Shown one piece after another: positions 27,964 to 36,305 of a stretch of DNA of 53,388 bases (position 1 is its first letter; each line of letters starts with the position of its first letter). The stretch comes from a virus (taxonomy: Duplodnaviria; Caudoviricetes). The position numbers were made by a program, and so were the translations under genes. The notes beneath the pieces are model-generated. The model was not told where the DNA came from and made no database searches. It was given only the letters and a program-made list of their open reading frames with translations. The DNA lies in IMG/VR virus record IMGVR_UViG_3300015245_000011, positions 1 to 53,388 of that record; one strand, written 5' to 3'.

Positions 27964-28986
27964 CTACGCATTGCTTATCGTGGTTATACGAGCATGATTC
28001 CTTAAACTCAAGAACTGCAACTGTAACATCACGTAAACCCTGGTAATGGCCACATACTGGTTGCTTGGCTGGATGTATGGGTCCATGCGGAAGTGCATAT
28101 TAGGGTGAAAAATGGGCCGCACGTACTTTTCGGTGTACATCTGCATCTCACCACTCGGCACGAACTGGTCATGCAGGACAACCATCCGGTTAAACATCAG
28201 GTTCCGAAACCCGCCCCTGGTCGTCTCTTCATCTTCAATAAAACGCTGGTTATTGACCAGGAGTCCCCAGTAGCTATTCCACCCGGCCTGCGTGGTAATC
28301 CCCAGCGTCGGTTCTTCGTTGCCGAAGCTGCACTCGCCGTAGGCATACTGCATACCCGCCAGCGACAGGGCGGTACCTGCGGCAGAGCCCGCCAGGGTGT
28401 TGAGTGCGGCCATGGTTTGCGGACCAGCCCCACCGTTACACTCCCAGACAAAACCGGTCGTCGCGTTGTTCTGAATCGTCACGCCGGCGTAGGTCCCAGA
28501 CGCCGCAAGAGCAATAGGGACCCCGTCAATATCGATGGCGGTATTCTGGGGACTGGTACGCTGGGCGGCGCGGTTGAGCTTAATCAGCAAGGACGCGAAG
28601 GCAATCTCTTCCTTGATGCGCACCAGGTTGACGACGCCAGGAGGGCCCTGGTTCAAGATGGCGTCAATGATGGGAATGGCGCAGAGCTGGTTGTAGGCCC
28701 GCCACTGCAGTTCAGCTGGTTGGGCCGAATCGGTCACGTCCGTTGACAGGAGTTGCGTGCCCCAGAAAGCCCCGCCGGTTAATTCTTCCTGGTTAATGAG
28801 CGTCCAGACGATCGCTCCACCCTGAAACTTGCGGCCAAGACGCGTGAGGCGCCACCAGAAGGGGGAGGGCTTAAAGACGGCATCGACCAGTTGGGGCTGG
28901 AAGTACTTTTGGGTGACTCCGTTCGCCGTATTGATAAGGCTAATCGGTGGCTGAGAGAGTTGAGAACCTATCCCGCCAGCGGCCAT
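27964..28986 (-). CDS. major capsid protein
   Basis: 340 aa; follows a scaffold-like gene; strong SD AAAGGAGG; LVDAVFKPSPF and GFRNLMFN motifs seen in this class of coat proteins. Confidence 0.8.
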   Translation of the reverse strand: MAAGGIGSQLSQPPISLINTANGVTQKYFQPQLVDAVFKPSPFWWRLTRLGRKFQGGAIVWTLINQEELTGGAFWGTQLLSTDVTDSAQPAELQWRAYNQLCAIPIIDAILNQGPPGVVNLVRIKEEIAFASLLIKLNRAAQRTSPQNTAIDIDGVPIALAASGTYAGVTIQNNATTGFVWECNGGAGPQTMAALNTLAGSAAGTALSLAGMQYAYGECSFGNEEPTLGITTQAGWNSYWGLLVNNQRFIEDEETTRGGFRNLMFNRMVVLHDQFVPSGEMQMYTEKYVRPIFHPNMHFRMDPYIQPSNQYVAITRVYVMLQLQFLSLRNHARITTISNA

Positions 28987-29067
28987 AGTGGCCTCCTTTC
29001 AGAGTACCGCTCTGGCTCAGACCTTATGGGGGAAAGGAGCCAATAGGCGTGAAGCGAATACGCAGCA

Positions 29068-29817
29068 TCACGTATTCGGGTAGAGAAGTCCGATAATCTC
29101 TGGATCACTCATGGCCGCACTTTCCGCTTGCTCTATCGTGGTAAACTGCGGTTGCGGTAAGGGAATCGACTGCGGAGGCCCGTAGGGTGCATAGGGCACC
29201 TGCGGATGCATCATCAAGTCTTTCTGCGCTTGTTCCAGGCCGTCAGCTTTGCCAGCTTCTCTGGCAGTCGCCACGGCGCGGTCATAGGTCATCAGGCGAT
29301 ACGCATCCGCCAGATCGGGCTGGCGGAGCTTTTGCTGTTGGAACTCCAGCAGACGGGCGGGATCAAGGTTGGGATCCTGTTGTTTTAACTGTTCGATCCT
29401 CATAACCTGCGGAATCTGCGCCAGGCCCTGCAAAAGTTGCTGTTGCATGCGCATGATGTCATCGAGGCGCTTGTCGTTGGCCGTAGCCATCTCGAGTGCT
29501 TTGACGCCATTTTGATGCAGCGGGCCAAGCAGCGGATCAGTGTTGTAATCGATAGGATAGGCAGGGCGAGCGTTTGGATCAGACACAACAGGGTCAGGGG
29601 CAGCGGCAAGGGCCTGGGCGAGCCGATATTCGAGGGCCCTCTTTTCTTCCGCAAGGACTTCGGCACGCTGAGCAAAGCGAGCCGCTGTGTCTCTTGGGAC
29701 GACTGATTTACGAAGGTCGACCAATCGCTGGCCATACTCGCCCATATCCCTCAGTAACATCTCGTCAGGATACGCCTGAGGGTTTTGAATAACATCAGTC
29801 CAGTTGAGATCGGCCAT
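29068..29817 (-). CDS. scaffolding protein (putative)
   Basis: Helical, acidic, Gln-rich; directly upstream of the capsid gene. Confidence 0.6.
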   Translation of the reverse strand: MADLNWTDVIQNPQAYPDEMLLRDMGEYGQRLVDLRKSVVPRDTAARFAQRAEVLAEEKRALEYRLAQALAAAPDPVVSDPNARPAYPIDYNTDPLLGPLHQNGVKALEMATANDKRLDDIMRMQQQLLQGLAQIPQVMRIEQLKQQDPNLDPARLLEFQQQKLRQPDLADAYRLMTYDRAVATAREAGKADGLEQAQKDLMMHPQVPYAPYGPPQSIPLPQPQFTTIEQAESAAMSDPEIIGLLYPNT

Positions 29818-29995
29818 ACTGCTTTCTTTCTACCTGAATGTTTTCTTCGGATATAGCAATATCAGCATGCCCTCGTTGCCAATGTTCCCTGACTGCCTGT
29901 ACTGATTGAAGAATATCACCACAGGAACACGCGACGTAGCCTCCAGCAACACTCTTCGCATAGCTCTGCCACTCTGGTCGTGTGGTCATCGTCAT
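29795..29995 (-). CDS. small Zn-finger-like protein
   Basis: CSC...HWQRGH. Confidence 0.45.
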   Translation of the reverse strand: MTMTTRPEWQSYAKSVAGGYVACSCGDILQSVQAVREHWQRGHADIAISEENIQVERKQYGRSQLD

Positions 29996-29996
29996 A

Positions 29997-30398
29997 CTAT
30001 CCGCCTAACTGCGGCATGCCTGGTGCGCCAATATCGCCCCCACCCATCATTCCACCACCGGACGGCATTCCAGGCGGCGGCGCCGCAACAGGTTCAGCCG
30101 GTAGTGTCGCCGACTGTTCCTCAGCGGCTTTCAAGTGTACAAGCGCTGTCGCTAACTCTTTCGCTAGCTTTGGAGACCTGAGCGCATACCTCTGCATCAG
30201 TGTGCCAATCGCATCCTTCGCCTGGTTGAATAACGGCCCTTCCTGGCCTGGTGGGGCCGAAGACATCTTCTGGATGCCTCCCAGGTCAGGCGGCGGCGGT
30301 CCACCCATTCCTGGAGGGCCACCAGCGCCAGGAGGACCGCCCTTGCCCATACCTTGCAGGAGCTGAGCGAGCATATGTGGCGGTGGCATTGGGGCCAT
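29997..30398 (-). CDS. Gly/Pro/Met-rich head-module protein
   Basis: Low-complexity ends around a central helix pair; located between portal and scaffold. Confidence 0.6.
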   Translation of the reverse strand: MAPMPPPHMLAQLLQGMGKGGPPGAGGPPGMGGPPPPDLGGIQKMSSAPPGQEGPLFNQAKDAIGTLMQRYALRSPKLAKELATALVHLKAAEEQSATLPAEPVAAPPPGMPSGGGMMGGGDIGAPGMPQLGG

Positions 30399-30400
30399 GG

Positions 30401-30607
30401 CTAGCTCTTTCCCCCGCCAGGGAACTCTGGCTTCCAGTGATTGCCATGGCCTTCATCCCCACCACCAGCCGTAATCTGCGGCACGGTATGGCCTACCGGG
30501 TCCATAATGCCCAGTGGGTCAGGGGGAGTGCCAGCCATTGGGGAACGCACGGTTGCGTGATGGACGCCAGTTTCATAGAGCGGACTCACGATTTCGACTT
30601 CAGCCAC
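30401..30607 (-). CDS. small head-module protein
   Basis: SD AAGGAG before GTG; VAEVEIVSP... Confidence 0.5.
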   Translation of the reverse strand: MAEVEIVSPLYETGVHHATVRSPMAGTPPDPLGIMDPVGHTVPQITAGGGDEGHGNHWKPEFPGGGKS

Positions 30608-30703
30608 GGTGTTCTCCTTGTTATGTTTGTGGCGAGGCCAGCCCATATTCTGGGGGAAGATAGCTGGCCTCACCCCTAAAGCCGCGGGCTCCCGCAGCTC
30701 CAG

Positions 30704-30778
30704 CTACATCCGACGCCCTTTGCGACCTTTCTTCCGGCCACGACGCTCCAGTACAGTATGCTCTGGTTGGTTAGACAT
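30704..30778 (-). CDS. 24-aa Arg/Lys-rich peptide
   Basis: MSNQPEHTVLERRGRKKGRKGRRM; G-rich SD upstream. Confidence 0.5.
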   Translation of the reverse strand: MSNQPEHTVLERRGRKKGRKGRRM

Positions 30779-30863
30779 TGCTTCATCCCCCCTCTCAGGT
30801 GTCTCGGGCTAGAGAAAAATAGGACACAGATTAATGGTGCCTATAAGAGATTTTAATGTCAAG

Positions 30864-31100
30864 CTAATTGTTGTGCTCAGCGTCTTGCTTACGGCTTTCG
30901 ATAGACGCCTCTATGCTACGTTTCAACATCTCCTGAAACTCTTTCTTTCCGTGCTGCCTCTCGTAGTCATGTAGGGAGTATTTGGGGATGAAAAACGACG
31001 CTTCCCCTTCCCCATGCTTCCCACCACTGACTTCATAGGCTACTGAACCATCTTTGCCGCGCACTTCCCTGATATTGCTAACGCCGGTATCGTCTGGCAT
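30864..31100 (-). CDS. hypothetical protein
   Basis: SD AAGGA; abuts the upstream gene. Confidence 0.6.
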   Translation of the reverse strand: MPDDTGVSNIREVRGKDGSVAYEVSGGKHGEGEASFFIPKYSLHDYERQHGKKEFQEMLKRSIEASIESRKQDAEHNN

Positions 31101-31313
31101 TCACAATTCCTTCTTTGCTATATAGGCTTTAAGTATCCTTACAAGATGAAGACGCATGCGTTTTAATCTACGTTTTTCTTCCGAACCCTTACCGCTGCGT
31201 CCAGGTCGATATGGCGGTGGGTGAGGATTATAGTATCTACTCTCACGGCGGGATACCCATCCTGAACCATACTCAACCTTGACACGATGAATCTGTTCAT
31301 AGATGGTACTCAT
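31101..31313 (-). CDS. basic hypothetical protein
   Basis: SD AAGGAG. Confidence 0.55.
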   Translation of the reverse strand: MSTIYEQIHRVKVEYGSGWVSRRESRYYNPHPPPYRPGRSGKGSEEKRRLKRMRLHLVRILKAYIAKKEL

Positions 31314-31343
31314 AGCGGCTCTCCTTCGCCTACGCCTTCACAT

Positions 31344-31505
31344 TTAGACTTCTGGATGCTGCTCAGCAAGTGTACGTACTACAGCGGCATGCTCCGGTGG
31401 CAGCTGTACTGTGGCGGTTGCTTCCTTCGTATGCCCTGCCGCAAATGCTTGCAACGCCTGCCCAAGCAGCGTTGTTGCGAGTTGAAGAATCATAAGCCAG
31501 CTCAT
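31344..31505 (-). CDS. 53-aa hypothetical protein
   Basis: ATGA overlap with the portal stop; MSWLMILQLATTLLGQALQAF... Confidence 0.5.
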   Translation of the reverse strand: MSWLMILQLATTLLGQALQAFAAGHTKEATATVQLPPEHAAVVRTLAEQHPEV

Positions 31506-33265
31506 TTTCTACTCCTACTACTACTGCCCTGTTTCGCTTTCGCAGCAGCCTGCAACTCCAGGGCTTTCTGGTTCCGTTGTGCAATCGCCTTTCCACCAGG
31601 AAATTCTAAGATAGCAAGCAAATCTTCATCGGAAGACATTCTCCCCATCTTGGCCAGGGCCATGGCCAGGCGTTTCACCATCGTTTTGCTGTTAATACTA
31701 AAACTTGCTGGATCAACCACCGCCGCATACTGCTTCCAGTCACGCAGCGGTTCCCACAAGACCGGCTCCCACTGCTCGCCTTGCGCAAAGGGCAAGACAC
31801 GAGGCACGGTATAGAACTGTCCCATGCGGGCGACGATCTTGGAGACGAGTTTATGGACGGCCATAAAGAGATAACGAGCTCGTAAGCGCGTGAGACCCAT
31901 CGACTGACTTATTTCTGTTTCGGTAAGCTCAGCAGACACGTTGCCGCGACCTTGTTGGCCAGCGCGAGAAGGTTGGTGGCCAAGCTGCTCACGCATGATA
32001 CTCCGCAGACGTCCACCGTGTTGGATGAGGTCGGCTGGCATCGGGGGTGGGCGCTCGGCCCGAACTTCTGAGCCAGCGCGCTTAAAAATGACCTGGCCAG
32101 GGATATCAGCAAAGGTGCGAGAATTGATGCCAGAATTAGCATCAGCAATCCAAAAAGCTTTCTGCATACGCAGGGCATTTTCCACCACCAGGGATTCGAG
32201 TTTATCGCTGGCTCGTTGTAACTCAAGGAGTTCCCCGACGATTGATTTCTCTGGCCAGAACCTGTGGACCGTCGGTTGCAGCGTCACACGGATGACATCA
32301 AAGCCGTCACCGTAGGGCATCGGCCCATCGTAGAGAATGACATTGGAGGTCGCCTGGATAAAGCGGCCCTGCGGGTATTTGTAGCGCACGGTGCGACGGA
32401 GACGGTCGACGCCCTCGGGATCTTTCAGCATCTCTGGAATGACTTCGAGCGTGGCGTCTTTGACACGCGCCGTAATGACGGAGACTCTCGTATCCATGCC
32501 GTGCGTCGGCACCGGCGCATTGACGGGATAGAGGGGCGTCAGCAGCCCAACACCCGACGGGCGATCCATCGGCATCGTCATAGGCATGGGGTCTGAAGGC
32601 CTGGCAGCATCAGGCTTCACACGCCAGCCCTGGTCAGGCCAGCGTTGACGTACCTCGTTAATGTCCAGGACGTCCTGTGTAATGCAGTAGCGCCAATCCT
32701 CATCATCCGTAGCGTAGGGGTCTGGGAAGACCGTTTGCGGTGGGCGGACACGGACGATGACTTCGCCCTGGCCCTGAAGACGCAGCGGGTCCCACGGCAC
32801 CTCAAAGAACCCGCAGGGCCAGATGGCCGCATCAGCACAGGCTTCCAGGATGGTAATATCGAGAAAGTAGCGCTGCCAGTAAGCGCGAATAGCTTTCTCC
32901 ACCTGTTCTTCCCGCGTACCGGTCACAGGATTCGAGGTGACATAGACCGTGGGAGAATTATCGGTGAGATCGGAGAGTTCGGTAAGAATGAGCCGCTTCA
33001 TCTCGTTAATCTGGATGGGGGATTTCCAGGACGGTAACACATCTGGCCAATAATCTCCCCAGTAGCCGCGCTCCCAGTCTCTCCAAATGTTTGTAGGCAA
33101 AGTCTTTTGTCGAGCGTTTAGGGCATCTAGATACAAACCATTAACCCACTGACTGAGTAACTCTTCCCCTTGCCGCTGTTCGCCGACAGCTCGGTCAACG
33201 CGAGCATTTTCACTGTTATAGTCATGGCGACCGTTAACCGTAACGCGGGGAGAAGCAGTAGCCAC
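31502..33265 (-). CDS. portal protein (P22-like)
   Basis: 587 aa; position after terminase; DAAIWPCGFFEVPWDP, VFPDP, ILYDGPMPY, ELQRASDKL motifs. Confidence 0.8.
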   Translation of the reverse strand: MATASPRVTVNGRHDYNSENARVDRAVGEQRQGEELLSQWVNGLYLDALNARQKTLPTNIWRDWERGYWGDYWPDVLPSWKSPIQINEMKRLILTELSDLTDNSPTVYVTSNPVTGTREEQVEKAIRAYWQRYFLDITILEACADAAIWPCGFFEVPWDPLRLQGQGEVIVRVRPPQTVFPDPYATDDEDWRYCITQDVLDINEVRQRWPDQGWRVKPDAARPSDPMPMTMPMDRPSGVGLLTPLYPVNAPVPTHGMDTRVSVITARVKDATLEVIPEMLKDPEGVDRLRRTVRYKYPQGRFIQATSNVILYDGPMPYGDGFDVIRVTLQPTVHRFWPEKSIVGELLELQRASDKLESLVVENALRMQKAFWIADANSGINSRTFADIPGQVIFKRAGSEVRAERPPPMPADLIQHGGRLRSIMREQLGHQPSRAGQQGRGNVSAELTETEISQSMGLTRLRARYLFMAVHKLVSKIVARMGQFYTVPRVLPFAQGEQWEPVLWEPLRDWKQYAAVVDPASFSINSKTMVKRLAMALAKMGRMSSDEDLLAILEFPGGKAIAQRNQKALELQAAAKAKQGSSSRSRK

Positions 33266-33274
33266 TAGAAACTC

Positions 33275-34288
33275 CTACAAGGGAATATCGCCCATAAGAT
33301 GGGCAAGCTGCTCACTCAGGGCGCGCAAGTGATCAAGCCATGTTTGCGAAACATCTTGGCCAGCAGGACGCTCGATATAGCGTTGTAAAATATCGCCATG
33401 CTCTCTCGAGATGCGAGCAATATCAATACCGGAATGCTGGGCTTCTTGCAGATCACGATTGATCTCCTGCGACAAGCCCCAGAATTGGTCATCAAGCTCC
33501 TCTGACGCCGCAGGAGGCGGGATCGATCTCGTTCTCAAAGCCTGTTCGGCGGCACCACTGCGATACGAGCTCGCCATAGCCCTACTCAATTGACGATGCA
33601 ATTCAGTCAGCTCCTGAGCCTCGCCATAATTCTCCATTGTTGCCGCTGCATGTTGGATATCGCCGTAGATGTGCTCAAAGCCACTGGTGTCTATGCCCTG
33701 GCTGCGTAAATGCGCCAGGCGTTCACGAATCCCGCTGTGGAGGAGTCCGGTGCTGCTGGTATCGGGCATATTAGGTGGCATGTCTATGAGGCCGCTACGA
33801 TACTCCGAGGGCATCATAGTCTGCCGGACGTCATCGTCAACGTTGAACTCGAACGGTTCTTGGCCTATCGGCGCATCAGCGCGGTACAGTTGCTCTCTTG
33901 GCCTGGGTGTTGTGAGACGCGTACCTGGAAGGCCACCTTCCTGGAGTGCCCGCATGCGTGCTACCGCTGCGTCGGTGCTCCGTCCGGCAGTCTCTGTCAG
34001 CGCCGGCAGGCCAGGCGTTGGCAGCGTGCGGCGAGCCGGCATCCCTAGTTCCTGTACTGGCGCCTGGATACCGCGGTACTGGCTAAGGAACGGCGCCAGA
34101 ATCATGGCAATCTGACTGATCGGATCAGCGGGATCCCCGAGCGGTAACGCCTCAACACCACCCTGCTCGGCCCGCTCCGTGCGCGAGAATGGGCCGCTAA
34201 AGGGGCTCCCAGCATACAACGCGGTATCCTCAGGCAGTCCTCGACTTGTGAGTCGCGTGAGTGCACTGATCCAGTCATTGTCGGCCAT
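33275..34288 (-). CDS. hypothetical protein
   Basis: Long ORF in the late operon. Confidence 0.65.
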   Translation of the reverse strand: MADNDWISALTRLTSRGLPEDTALYAGSPFSGPFSRTERAEQGGVEALPLGDPADPISQIAMILAPFLSQYRGIQAPVQELGMPARRTLPTPGLPALTETAGRSTDAAVARMRALQEGGLPGTRLTTPRPREQLYRADAPIGQEPFEFNVDDDVRQTMMPSEYRSGLIDMPPNMPDTSSTGLLHSGIRERLAHLRSQGIDTSGFEHIYGDIQHAAATMENYGEAQELTELHRQLSRAMASSYRSGAAEQALRTRSIPPPAASEELDDQFWGLSQEINRDLQEAQHSGIDIARISREHGDILQRYIERPAGQDVSQTWLDHLRALSEQLAHLMGDIPL

Positions 34289-34339
34289 GAACACCCACCC
34301 CTGAACAACTTAAAGAGGGTACATATTCAACACAGTCAT

Positions 34340-34513
34340 TCATGTACAGCAAACGCATGCATGCAAAAGATCCATGCATAAACACTCGCATGAAACTCTT
34401 GCATGCAAAAGATTTACATACACACATGCGCATGCATTGAGATAACTCATATTCTATGAGCCTACAGAGAAAAAACAGTACGAGTCATTTTTTCTATGCA
34501 TGTGCATGCATGT
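34340..34513. repeat. CATG/ATGCAT-rich tract with a 14-bp direct repeat
   Basis: 11 CATG counted in about 175 bp; TGCATGCAAAAGAT at 34358-34371 and 34400-34413. Confidence 0.8.
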
Positions 34514-35097
34514 CACCGCGTTTGAAAGAAACCGTAGGGATCATCGTCGCCACCGGCCACAGGAATCGGCCGCTCCTGTCCTGGCACCATCGCGACACCC
34601 TCGCCAAGGCCCATGCGTCGGCGATATTCGAGGGCGCATTCGTTACTATCGACTAAATGCACATAACCGGCCACGCCGCCCTGTCCGAGTCGGGTCTGCA
34701 TCGTGCGCGGGCGATCCGTCACGAGCACCCACTCATGCGAGGTGCCGCACACCATACAGAGCCAGTGGCGCTGATTATGTGGCGTACAGGAGGGGCAGGC
34801 GCAGGCTGAGCCCACAAGTAACCGGGCTTCCCACGCAGCATCCTTTTGTCCTGGCAACATGAAGGAGCCATCGGCGCGCTGCTGAATCATCCCGGCATCG
34901 CGGTAGGTATGCATGAGCTGGAGGAGCTGGGCAAGTTGGGCTTGCGGATCAAAGGGCGGCGGGGGCTGTCGGTCGACAATCAGGGGCTGACTTTCCGCTG
35001 ACGAGGTGACCACATCCTCAAGGATATCCTCGTCCGTCTCGCTGTCCGCTGGTTCGTCCTCTGGCGGATCATATTTAGGCGCATTGTATTTTGGCAT
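34513..35097 (-). CDS. hypothetical Zn-binding protein
   Basis: CACPSC...CMVC...H; acidic N-terminus. Confidence 0.6.
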   Translation of the reverse strand: MPKYNAPKYDPPEDEPADSETDEDILEDVVTSSAESQPLIVDRQPPPPFDPQAQLAQLLQLMHTYRDAGMIQQRADGSFMLPGQKDAAWEARLLVGSACACPSCTPHNQRHWLCMVCGTSHEWVLVTDRPRTMQTRLGQGGVAGYVHLVDSNECALEYRRRMGLGEGVAMVPGQERPIPVAGGDDDPYGFFQTR

Positions 35098-35125
35098 GAT
35101 GTTTGCAACCTATAACATTATAGCA

Positions 35126-35155
35126 TTGTGCCATCTTTACAAAGGATGCTATGCT
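35126..35155 (+). promoter_or_regulatory. putative promoter for small RNA 2
   Basis: TTGTGC-18 nt-TATGCT with extended -10 TGn. Confidence 0.5.
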
Positions 35156-35160
35156 CCTTC

Positions 35161-35253
35161 TGGGCGTGGCTACGGTACCCTGGAAGGGATTGAAACGATC
35201 TTAGCGTACGACGGTACGGTACGTTCCCGTACCGTTGCCGTACCCACCGCCCA
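35161..35253 (+). ncRNA. solitary CRISPR-repeat-derived small RNA 2 (candidate)
   Basis: CCCTGGAAGGGATTGAAACGA at 35178-35198; closing stem 35161-35177/35236-35253; internal 9-bp hairpin. Confidence 0.6.
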
Positions 35254-35440
35254 CGGCGTTAGCGCGGCCATCATCTCGTGCACCAGCGCCCATGGTCCCG
35301 CCGGTTTTGCTCTTGGTGACAAAGCGCAGCGTGCCGCAGGTTGGGCACTCGAAGGAATTCCCCGTTTCAAACTCTTTACGGAACACCATCTGGTGACGGC
35401 CGCGGGAATGCTCGATGCAGGATGGACAGACGATCGTCAT
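35201..35440 (-). CDS. small Zn-ribbon protein
   Basis: CPSC...CPTC; SD GGAGG. Confidence 0.6.
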   Translation of the reverse strand: MTIVCPSCIEHSRGRHQMVFRKEFETGNSFECPTCGTLRFVTKSKTGGTMGAGARDDGRANAVGGGYGNGTGTYRTVVR

Positions 35441-35911
35441 AGGGTGAAACCTCCCCAAGAAGTAGGGAGGGAGGGCTCGACCACCGCATGGTGTGGATCA
35501 CAGGGCAGGAGCCGATATCCCAGTGGAGGGCGTACATCTCAGGCGTGCGACTGAGAGAGCCGGTGTCCAGCGCTAGGATAGTAGCATACGGATGCGGTAT
35601 TCTACAACAAACGCGCCAAGACTGCCGGCCCTTCGTCTTCCATGGCCCGTAGGAACGCTTCAACGCTGAGGCTACACGCTGCCGCCACATCGTCCATGGC
35701 CACGGCGGCGATCTGACAACTCGCCTCGATAGGAAACATATACCCCAGGGCATTGGTGCTAAAGACGGCTCCACGCAACTGCGCGGTCACACCGCCTGGT
35801 CACAGCCCTTTATTCCTGTGTCCCCAGGAGGAGGTCCGCCACCAGTTGGCGGTTTCGAGAACGGCCCGTTTTTCGGTGGTGGTCAGCATGCATTGTCCTT
35901 GCGTCAGGAGG

Positions 35912-36304
35912 TCAGAGCGCCTGGGTACCTTCGACCCCGCGCCCCAGACGGTCTTCCGTGCGCTTGCGCAGCATCTGCTGGGCCATAATCACATACGTGA
36001 GCGCGTCATGATTCTCTTTGCAGGCATAGGCCCCGGACTGAAAGCCTTCCAGCCGGTCGCGCACAATCGCCAGCAGCGCCTCATTACTCACCCCATTGAC
36101 CCCCACCTCCTGCACCGGCCCCTCCTGGAAGTGCGTGTCCCAGGTCCAGCGGTCCAGATACTCAATCCGGTAGTGGTGACAGGCGCCGCCGTAGCCCGGC
36201 TCATCCATCACCCGAATGCGGAGCTGGTCATTGAGGGACGGAACTTTCTGGGGAGGGACATTGGGATGCTCCACTTTGTGCGTCTCAATCTCACGAAACA
36301 TCAT
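35912..36304 (-). CDS. tad1: Tad1-family anti-Thoeris/anti-CBASS signal-sequestering protein
   Basis: GGACHHY...FQEGP...NGVSNEALLAIVRDRLEGFQSG...ENHDALT...RKRTEDR..RGVEGT follows the Tad1 motif series (GGAxHxY, FQxG, LLxIVxDRLxxFQxG, ENxxAL, RxEDR); SD GGAG. Confidence 0.88.
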   Translation of the reverse strand: MMFREIETHKVEHPNVPPQKVPSLNDQLRIRVMDEPGYGGACHHYRIEYLDRWTWDTHFQEGPVQEVGVNGVSNEALLAIVRDRLEGFQSGAYACKENHDALTYVIMAQQMLRKRTEDRLGRGVEGTQAL

Positions 36305-36305
36305 T

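Noticed and set aside
20981-35198. Conventional CRISPR array
   Set aside because: Only two partial repeats 14 kb apart, no repeat-spacer periodicity and no cas genes
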